Below, one piece after another: positions 46,984 through 54,057 of a stretch of 64,000 nucleotides of DNA. The DNA is from Polaromonas sp. (GTDB lineage: Bacteria > Pseudomonadota > Gammaproteobacteria > Burkholderiales > Burkholderiaceae_C). Numbering within the stretch: the stretch's first letter is position 1; each line of letters starts with the position of its first letter. A model generated the notes under the pieces. That model did no database searches and was not told the origin of the DNA. It saw nothing but the letters and a program-made list of their open reading frames with translations. The position numbers and the translations under genes were made by a program. The stretch lies in the NCBI RefSeq assembly GCF_010365105.1, contig NZ_JAAFGZ010000008.1, forward strand, positions 15,656 through 79,655, given 5' to 3'.

Positions 46984-48180
46984 TCAGCCCGGCTTGCCGT
47001 CCACCCGCACCCGCGTCAGCACCGGCCAGTAGGTCACCGCGTACAGCGCAAAGCCGGCAGACCACAGCGACGCCGATACCAGCACGGCATGGACAAGTTG
47101 CGCCGGCATGAGCAGCGGCACAAACACGCGGATCAATGCGGCGGCCAGCACCAGCAGGTAACACGCCACATCGCTACGGCTGGCCTTGAGCCGCCGTCCG
47201 GTGTGGCCCAGGGCGGTGCGCGTCATCATGCCCATGATCAGCCCGCCGATGGCGCCAACCGTCAGCGCATGGCTGGCGAGAGACGGCAACACCAGGCCCA
47301 TTTCACCCAGTCCGCGCAGCACCAGGTACACCGGAATCCAGAAATAGGCCACATGCAGCACCCAGACCAGTGGCGTGCGCAAGGTTTTCCAGGGCTGCCA
47401 CAGCGCCCAGCGCGCCAGATGTGCGGCGGCGCAGACACCGGCCAGCAGCGCCAGCGGCGCACCGTGCAGCGGCAGCATATCGGCCAGCAGCAGGGCCAGC
47501 GTCGAGCCCAGTGCGGCTTTTTCAAGCCACGGGCGCTTGGTGGCGCCGGCGCCGTCAATGGCGTTGGTGAACATCGGAATCACCCGCCCGCCCATCACCG
47601 CCATGATGAACAGCACCACGTCCAGCGCGACCTGGATGCCGATCCAGCCGGGCAGCGTGGTAACGCCCAGCTGCGCCAGGTGGATGCCCAGCACCGCAGC
47701 GGCCATCAGCAGCAGCAGCGCAATGAAGAAATAGTTGCGCTTGTTGCGCGCCGCAATAAAGGGAATCGCCAGCCCGATGGCGGCCGCCAGCGGAAAGGCG
47801 ACATTGACGATCGCCGCCGCCCAGCCGAAGGGCGTGAGCACCAGCGCCCGTCCGGCCACCCAGAGCGCGGCCAGTGCCATCAGCGCCGCGCCGGTCGGCG
47901 TCGGCCGGCCGGACCAGCTGCGCCCGGCGGTGAACAGGAACCCGACGACGACCGCCAGCGTGAAGCCGAACAGCATCTCGTGCGCATGCCACATCGGCCC
48001 CGCCAGGTAAGGCGTGCCCAGCCAGCCGGCAAACTGCAACGCCCACAGGCCGATGGACAGCGCGGCAAACACGCTGGCCAGCAGGTAGAACGGCCTGAAT
48101 CCGAGTTGCCACAGGGCAAAACCGGGCGGCGATGCGGCGGGTGCGGCGGACGGATTATTGAGCTGGAGGAGTGGGGACAT
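46984..48180 (-). CDS. nnrS: NnrS family membrane protein
   Basis: Motifs LWQLGFRPFYLLAS and HAHEMLFGF, about 12 TM helices. ATG at 48180 is preferred; the ORF-track start at 48195 is TTG. Confidence 0.85.
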   Translation of the reverse strand: MSPLLQLNNPSAAPAASPPGFALWQLGFRPFYLLASVFAALSIGLWALQFAGWLGTPYLAGPMWHAHEMLFGFTLAVVVGFLFTAGRSWSGRPTPTGAALMALAALWVAGRALVLTPFGWAAAIVNVAFPLAAAIGLAIPFIAARNKRNYFFIALLLLMAAAVLGIHLAQLGVTTLPGWIGIQVALDVVLFIMAVMGGRVIPMFTNAIDGAGATKRPWLEKAALGSTLALLLADMLPLHGAPLALLAGVCAAAHLARWALWQPWKTLRTPLVWVLHVAYFWIPVYLVLRGLGEMGLVLPSLASHALTVGAIGGLIMGMMTRTALGHTGRRLKASRSDVACYLLVLAAALIRVFVPLLMPAQLVHAVLVSASLWSAGFALYAVTYWPVLTRVRVDGKPG

Positions 48181-48244
48181 CAGGAAGTCTTTCAAGAAGG
48201 CGCCAGGTCAGCCTGTGCGCCAGGGCGGCCGGGCGTGAAGCCGC

Positions 48245-48532
48245 TCAGGCGCCGCCGCAGCCGCCGCAGCAGCCACCGTTGCCGTGTCCGGACTTCAGCC
48301 GGGTGATGGATGCGCGCCATACCGCCGGACCCTGTTCCACCCCGACCCAGGAAAATTTCCCGGGCAGGCTGGATTCGAACAGGCGCTTGAGCGTCTTCAG
48401 GTCCTGGTCGTGGACCAGTTCCATGCTTTCGCCGGCATCGAGCAGGTTAAAGGCAGCAGAGGCCACCGGGTAGCGGTCATGCAACGCCAGCTTGCGGACA
48501 TCGACAGGGGTGGGAGTGGCGCAGACGGTCAT
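48245..48532 (-). CDS. DUF2249 domain protein with Cys/Gly-rich tail
   Basis: The VDVRKL...LLDAGESMELVHDQDLKTLKRLF pattern resembles DUF2249. C-terminus GHGNGGCCGGCGGA. Lies 64 nt upstream of nnrS on the same strand. Confidence 0.65.
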   Translation of the reverse strand: MTVCATPTPVDVRKLALHDRYPVASAAFNLLDAGESMELVHDQDLKTLKRLFESSLPGKFSWVGVEQGPAVWRASITRLKSGHGNGGCCGGCGGA

Positions 48533-48572
48533 GGAAAATCCGATCAAAAAGGCGGCTCAGGAACCGGTTTAA

Positions 48573-48595
48573 AAGATGCATTGATAATACATCTA
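48573..48595. promoter_or_regulatory. NsrR-like operator (11-1-11 inverted repeat)
   Basis: AAGATGCATTG-A-TAATACATCTA, about 40 nt upstream of the DUF2249 ATG. It resembles the proteobacterial NsrR consensus AAnATGCATTT-n-AAATGCATnTT, recalled from memory. Confidence 0.5.
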
Positions 48596-48701
48596 TTTGA
48601 CCAACAGGGATATGGCTTTGTCTTGTGAACGCACAGAATGTGTTGTCAGCGCGAAATCATCCCGGTGTGCCGGGCCGCAAGGCGCAGCGGGAGCGTGGGG
48701 G

Positions 48702-49178
48702 CTAGTGCTTGTGGCCGTGTTCGCCGTGTACATGCTGGTGCGCGATTTCATCGTCGGACGCCAGGCGCACGTCGATGACCTTGAGCGAGAAGCGCAGCGC
48801 CTTGCCGGCCAGCGGATGGTTGGCGTCCAGGATCACCGTGTCGCCCTTGATCTTGGCGACGTTGAAGACCTGTTTGCGGCCATCGCTGCCCTGGCCTTCG
48901 AGCTGGCCGCCCACCTTCACACCGGGCGGAAACTGGCTGCGCGGAATGGTGCGCACCAGGTCTTCATCGCGCAGGCCGAAGGCGTCTTCGGCGTCAAGCG
49001 CCAGCGTGGTCTGGTAGCCGGCTTCCCGGCCGTCCAGCGCTTCCTCGATTTTCGGCAGGGTGTTGCCGTAGCCGCCGTGCAGGTAAACCATCGGCTCCTT
49101 GCCGTCCTCGATCAGCTTGCCCTGGGCGTCAGAGACTTTGAAGCGCAGGGTGACGGCGGTATTTTTTTCAATTTTCAT
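48702..49178 (-). CDS. slyD: FKBP-type peptidyl-prolyl isomerase SlyD-like with His-rich tail
   Basis: The internal ATG at 49178 gives MKIEKNTAVTLRFKV... Also DANHPLAGKALRF and the C-terminus HQHVHGEHGHKH. Confidence 0.85.
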   Translation of the reverse strand: MKIEKNTAVTLRFKVSDAQGKLIEDGKEPMVYLHGGYGNTLPKIEEALDGREAGYQTTLALDAEDAFGLRDEDLVRTIPRSQFPPGVKVGGQLEGQGSDGRKQVFNVAKIKGDTVILDANHPLAGKALRFSLKVIDVRLASDDEIAHQHVHGEHGHKH

Positions 49179-49393
49179 GGACAAAAGTTCTCTGCAAAAA
49201 GGGGGCTGTGCCGATTGCGCGGTCAGCCCGTTTCGGGGAAATGATCTTAGCAACGATGGAGCATGTGCTGTGCGGCAACCAGCGCCATCGCGCAGCCAGC
49301 CGGGAATCCGGACTACACCGGCCGTGCGCTGCGGGCAGCAAACTGGCCATGCTTTCATAATTCAGGCCCGTATTTCAATCCTGTCCCGACCTC

Positions 49394-50035
49394 ATGACCA
49401 CCCTGCCGACGAATCCTTGCGCTGTTGAAACCATTGAGCTGCTTTCAGGCGCCCAAAGCCCCCGGCCGCTGTTCGTGCTGCTGCACGACGCCGGCGGCAC
49501 GGCGCTGGACTTGCTGGAACTGGGCAACCGGCTGGGCGATGCGTTTGCCCAGGCGGCGGTGCTGATTCCCGAAGGATTGACCTTGCCGTCGGCCAATGCG
49601 CCGGTCAGCGCCGAAGCGCTGGCGCAGGCCGTCGGGGCGCTGGCCGATTTCGTGCGCGCGCAGCAGCAGCGTTTCAACGTGCTGCAGTCCGACACCGCGC
49701 TGCTCGGCTTTGGCGCCGGTGCCAGCCTGGCGCTGGCCCTGAGCGATGCGCACGACGGCCTGGCCGGCCGGGTGCTGGCCTTTGGCGGCTGCTACGCCGC
49801 CTGGCCTGCCAGGGCGCCGGCGCTCACCACGCTGCATTTCCTGCACGGCAACCAGGACACAGTGGTGCCGGTGGCCCGCGTCCGCCATGATTTTGCGCAC
49901 CTGATGGAACTTGGCGCCGACGCCACGCTCGATGTCGCCAGCACGCTGGCGCACGAGCTGCATCCGGCGCTGATGGACCAGGCGATCACGCGGCTGCAGA
50001 CCTGCGTGCCGCTGCGCTTCTGGAAGGCGCTGTAA
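49394..50035 (+). CDS. alpha/beta hydrolase (phospholipase/carboxylesterase, YpfH-like)
   Basis: 213 aa. LFVLLHDAGG..., a GFGAGAS nucleophile-elbow-like region, and HFLHGNQDTVVP. Confidence 0.6.
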   Translation: MTTLPTNPCAVETIELLSGAQSPRPLFVLLHDAGGTALDLLELGNRLGDAFAQAAVLIPEGLTLPSANAPVSAEALAQAVGALADFVRAQQQRFNVLQSDTALLGFGAGASLALALSDAHDGLAGRVLAFGGCYAAWPARAPALTTLHFLHGNQDTVVPVARVRHDFAHLMELGADATLDVASTLAHELHPALMDQAITRLQTCVPLRFWKAL

Positions 50036-50126
50036 GACGGTGGGACTTGAGCGGCAAGAAAGAAATTGGCTCTTTGGCAGAGCCCGCTTGACTGGCAGTC
50101 ACAGAATGCAAAAAGCAGTATTTTTT

Positions 50127-50180
50127 GCTATTGAATAAATAGCTGCTCGCGCATATGGGGTGTGCGCAAAAGGCATTTTT
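50127..50180 (-). repeat. REP-like intergenic repeat (copy 10, reverse orientation)
   Basis: GCTATTGAATAAATAGCTGCTCGCGCATATGGGGTGTGCGCAAAAGGCATTTTT, with a perfect GCTATT-N5-AATAGC hairpin. Confidence 0.7.
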
Positions 50181-50365
50181 AATCCAAAAATTCGTTTGCC
50201 GGTCGGTGTGCTTCCGTCATGGCGCATGAGGGATGGTTGCAGGGCAATCGCATCTGAATGCGCAATCTGTTGATTTTGCTGCGTGTTCAAACCCATGCCA
50301 TTTAAAAGCAGGCTGAAAAATCAATGGGTCAGCAGCTCCATGCCATCGCCCTGCGCTCAATCGAT

Positions 50366-51388
50366 TCAGGTGCGCAATCGTGTGGCCATGCCCGGCGAGA
50401 GCCACAGTTGCTGATCAGCCCCGACGATAAGGGTGTCCACACCCCGCAGAGGCTCCAGAAGACGGCGACCCGCAGAGGCGCCTGCCACCATGATGGCCGC
50501 ACCCAGGCCGTTGATGTCTTCAAGCTTGCGCGACACCAGGGTCACGCCATGCGGGCCGTGTGTCGGCTGGCCGGTCCTGGGGTTCAGGATGTGGTGGTAG
50601 CGTCGGCCATTCTGTAGAAAACTGCGCTCATAGTCCCCCGAAGCGGCCACAAAGCCTTCGCTCAATGCCAGCACGCCCAGAATGCGCTCCGGCGCACGTG
50701 GATCGCGCAGGCCCACGCGCCAGTCACGTCCTTGCAGTTGCCCATTGACCAGCACATCGCCGCCGCCATTGATCATGGCATTGTTGATGTCATGGCGTTT
50801 CAGCACCGCCATGCCGGCCTGCAGTATGGGGAGTTTGGCAATGCCGCCCAGATCGACGCGCATGCCACGGCGGCGCAAATAGGCAGTGGCGGATTTTTCG
50901 TCGAGAACCAGATCGCGGTAGTTCACCAGCGGCAACTCGCGCGCAATTTCCGCTGCATCCGGAATCACAGCCTGGGCCGGATCGAAGTTCCAGCCGTTGA
51001 ATGCCCCGACCGTGATGTCAAAAGCGCCCTGGCTGCGCTCGGACATGTGTCTGGCCATTTTCAGTGCGTGCATCGTCTCGGGCGCTATCACGACCGGTTG
51101 CAGCCCCGCAGCAAGGTGCAGGGCGCTGACCTCGCTGTCGATGCGGTAGCGGCTCATCATGTCGCTCAGCTGCGTCATTTCGGCAAAGGCGGCAGCCATC
51201 GCCATGTCTGATTCGTCAGCACGCTGGCCTTGCACGGTGATGTCCACGCGCGTTCCCATCAGGGTACGCGAGGCTTGCCTCACGCTCGGCTCGGCCAGCG
51301 CCGGTTTGAGGAACAGGGCGGTGGCCAGCAGGGGCAAGCCGGCAAGCAGACGGCGGCGTCCCTGGTTCAGGCGAGGCTTGAGCATCAT
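50366..51388 (-). CDS. apbE: FAD:protein FMN transferase (ApbE/NosX family), Tat-exported
   Basis: Tat motif GRRRLLAG, ApbE-like MGT..DITV and GGIAKL motifs. Adjacent to the nos genes. Confidence 0.85.
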   Translation of the reverse strand: MMLKPRLNQGRRRLLAGLPLLATALFLKPALAEPSVRQASRTLMGTRVDITVQGQRADESDMAMAAAFAEMTQLSDMMSRYRIDSEVSALHLAAGLQPVVIAPETMHALKMARHMSERSQGAFDITVGAFNGWNFDPAQAVIPDAAEIARELPLVNYRDLVLDEKSATAYLRRRGMRVDLGGIAKLPILQAGMAVLKRHDINNAMINGGGDVLVNGQLQGRDWRVGLRDPRAPERILGVLALSEGFVAASGDYERSFLQNGRRYHHILNPRTGQPTHGPHGVTLVSRKLEDINGLGAAIMVAGASAGRRLLEPLRGVDTLIVGADQQLWLSPGMATRLRT

Positions 51389-51399
51389 GACACTGTCCT

Positions 51400-51807
51400 T
51401 TAGCTTGCCAGACCCACCATGTAGTCCACAGCCGCCTTGACCTGGTCATCTGACAGCGTGGTGCTGCCGCCGCGCGCCGGCATGGCGCCCTTGGCGCCGT
51501 TGAAGCCTTCCAGCGCATGCTTGTAGAGCGTGTCCTTGCCCTGGGCAATGCGCGGTCCCCAGTCAGCCTTGTCGCCCGTCTTGGGTGCGCCTGCCGCGCC
51601 GGAGGCATGGCAAAGGGCACAGGTGTTGTTGAACGTGCTCTTGCCGACCGCGTTATCGGCAACCGCCACGGGGGCCGCCGGTGCGGGGGCTGGCGCTGCC
51701 ACGGGTGCTGGAGCCGATGCGGCCGGCGTGGCCTGGTTTTTATCGCCGCAAGCGGTCAGAAAAAAGGCCAGCGCCGCGATGGCCAGGACGTTCAGTGGTT
51801 TATGCAT
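51400..51807 (-). CDS. c-type cytochrome (c5-like) lipoprotein
   Basis: GGAG RBS. Lipobox FLTAC, an Ala/Pro linker, a CALCH haem-binding site and a distal Met (GAMPARGG). Confidence 0.8.
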   Translation of the reverse strand: MHKPLNVLAIAALAFFLTACGDKNQATPAASAPAPVAAPAPAPAAPVAVADNAVGKSTFNNTCALCHASGAAGAPKTGDKADWGPRIAQGKDTLYKHALEGFNGAKGAMPARGGSTTLSDDQVKAAVDYMVGLAS

Positions 51808-51946
51808 GGAAGACTCCGTTGGAAAGTGGGCAAATTCTAGACAGCTCAGAAAAAATGCACTGTGATTTGATAGTACTCGTACAAATGAAAATTGTATTGG
51901 AAATGTATCTTTGACAAGAATAAAAAATGGTATTTAAAATGTATCT

Positions 51947-51960
51947 TTGACAAATGTCAA
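51947..51960. promoter_or_regulatory. FNR/CRP-family (Dnr/Nnr-type) box
   Basis: Perfect palindrome TTGAC-AAAT-GTCAA, 95 nt upstream of the nosZ ATG in the divergent nosZ / cytochrome c-apbE intergenic region. Confidence 0.5.
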
Positions 51961-52054
51961 TATCTTCCAAGGCTCTTGAATCGAACATAGGGGCTGTGAT
52001 TGCACAAGCGCCGGCCGCAAGGCAGCTGGTATGTATTTATTCAGGAACTTCATC

Positions 52055-53992
52055 ATGAGCCAAAAGCCAGACACTCCGTCCAATCCACCCAGCGTGATGG
52101 GACGCCGCAGATTCATCAACACCGCTGCGCTTGCCGGCTTGACGGCAGGCGTCGCCGCCTGCAACGACAAGCCTGCAGCCGGCGCGGCGCCCTCGGCTGC
52201 GGCCTCGGCCCCGGCAGCCTCGCACGCCGTGTCCGATTTGAGTAAATACGAGGTGCCGCCTGGCCAGCTCGACGAGTACTACTCTTTCTCTTCAGGCGGT
52301 CACTCGGGCGAATGCCGGATCTATGGGTTGCCGTCCGGCCGCCTGTTCAAGCGCATTCCTGTGTTCAACATGGACTGCCTGGTCGGCTGGGGCATTACCA
52401 ACGAATCGAAAAAGATTCTGGGTACCAAGCCTGATGGCAGCCTCAAGTACCACACCGGTGATACGCACCACATACACCCGTCGTACAAGGATGGCACCTA
52501 CGACGGCAAGTACATGTTCGTGAACGACAAAATCCATGGCCGCCTGGCGCGCATCCGCATGGATACGATGGAAACCGACAAGATCACCGAGATTCCGCTG
52601 GTGCAGGGTTTCCACGGCACTTTCCCCGACAAGCGCGACCCGGTGGACCAGGCCATCAACCACACGACGCGTGTGTTCTGCGGTGGTGAATTCGCCATCC
52701 CTCTGGTCAACGATGGCAAGAACATGGATGACACCAAGAACTACCGCTCCATCTTCAGCTGCGTGGATGCCGAGACCATGGACATGCGCTGGCAGGTGCT
52801 GATCGACGGCAACTGCGATCTGGTTGCGAGTTCTTATGACGGCAAGCTGGCCTGCACGAACCAGTACAACACTGAAAAGGGCGTGCACTACGAGGACATG
52901 ATGTCCGCCGAGCGTGACGGCTGCCTCTTCTTCAACATTGCCCGCATCGAAGAAGCCGTGAAGGCCGGAAAATTCAAGACCTACGGCGGCTCCAAAGTGC
53001 CGGTGGTCGATGGCACGAAGGACGGCAACCCCGACCCCAAGACCTCGCTGGTCTGCTACGTGCCCGTGTCCAAGAACCCGCACGGTGTGAATGCCAGCCC
53101 GGACGGCAAGTACTACGCCTGCTCCGGCAAGCTCTCGCCCACGGCCACGCTGATCGAGCACGCGCTGGTGCTCAAGTGGTTCGACGGCGAACTCAAGGAA
53201 GCCCGCGATGCCGTGGTGGCAGAGCCCGAAATCGGTCTGGGCCCGTTGCATACCGGCTTTGACGGCCGCGGCAACGCCTACACCACACTGTTTCTGGACA
53301 GCCAGATCGTCAAGTGGAACGTGGAAGCCGCCATCAAGTCCTACAAGGGCGACAAGACCGCCAAGCCGGTGGTGGACCGCCTCGACGTGCAGTACCAGCC
53401 GGGTCACGGCTTCACCTCCATGGGTGAAACCAAGAACGCCGATGGCAAGTACTTCCTGTCGGACAACAAGTTTTCCAAGGACCGCTTCCTGCCTGTGGGC
53501 CCGCTGCATCCCGAGACGGCGCAACTGATCGACATCAGCGGCGACAAGATGAAGCTGGTGGCCGACCATGCGGTGTACTCCGAGCCGCACGACTCCATCA
53601 TCATCCCGCGCAACCTGATCCGCACCCGCCAGGTGTACGACATCAACGAGTTTCCGAACGCCGTCAAGGACGCGAAAGATTGCCGGGTGGAACGCAAGGG
53701 CAAGAAGGTCACGGTGTACCTCACCTCCCAGGCGCCCACCTTCGGCCTGCGTGAGTGGACCGTCAAGCGCGGCGACGAGGTGACCATCATCCTCACCAAC
53801 CTCGACAAGGTGGAAGACCTGACGCACGGCTTTGCGATTCCAAAGTACGACATCAACTTCATCGTCAACCCGCAGGAGACCAAGTCGGTCACCTTCATGG
53901 CCGACAAGCCGGGCGTGTACTGGGCTTACTGCACCAACTTCTGCCACGCGCTGCACCTTGAAATGCGCTCGCGCATGCTGGTCGAGGCTTGA
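52055..53992 (+). CDS. nosZ: nitrous-oxide reductase
   Basis: Tat motif GRRRFI, a seven-bladed propeller body (DEYYSFSSGGHSGE...), and the CuA motif CTNFCHALHLEM at the C-terminus. ATG at 52055. Confidence 0.95.
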   Translation: MSQKPDTPSNPPSVMGRRRFINTAALAGLTAGVAACNDKPAAGAAPSAAASAPAASHAVSDLSKYEVPPGQLDEYYSFSSGGHSGECRIYGLPSGRLFKRIPVFNMDCLVGWGITNESKKILGTKPDGSLKYHTGDTHHIHPSYKDGTYDGKYMFVNDKIHGRLARIRMDTMETDKITEIPLVQGFHGTFPDKRDPVDQAINHTTRVFCGGEFAIPLVNDGKNMDDTKNYRSIFSCVDAETMDMRWQVLIDGNCDLVASSYDGKLACTNQYNTEKGVHYEDMMSAERDGCLFFNIARIEEAVKAGKFKTYGGSKVPVVDGTKDGNPDPKTSLVCYVPVSKNPHGVNASPDGKYYACSGKLSPTATLIEHALVLKWFDGELKEARDAVVAEPEIGLGPLHTGFDGRGNAYTTLFLDSQIVKWNVEAAIKSYKGDKTAKPVVDRLDVQYQPGHGFTSMGETKNADGKYFLSDNKFSKDRFLPVGPLHPETAQLIDISGDKMKLVADHAVYSEPHDSIIIPRNLIRTRQVYDINEFPNAVKDAKDCRVERKGKKVTVYLTSQAPTFGLREWTVKRGDEVTIILTNLDKVEDLTHGFAIPKYDINFIVNPQETKSVTFMADKPGVYWAYCTNFCHALHLEMRSRMLVEA

Positions 53993-54004
53993 AAAGCCCA
54001 GCCC

Positions 54005-54041
54005 GGGGCAGCGCGCTAACTGTGGTGCGCTGCCCCTTTTT
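54005..54041 (+). terminator. intrinsic terminator/attenuator between nosZ and nosR
   Basis: GGGGCAGCGC-12 nt loop-GCGCTGCCCC followed by TTTTT. Confidence 0.6.
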
Positions 54042-54057
54042 GTAGTCTGGATATCCG

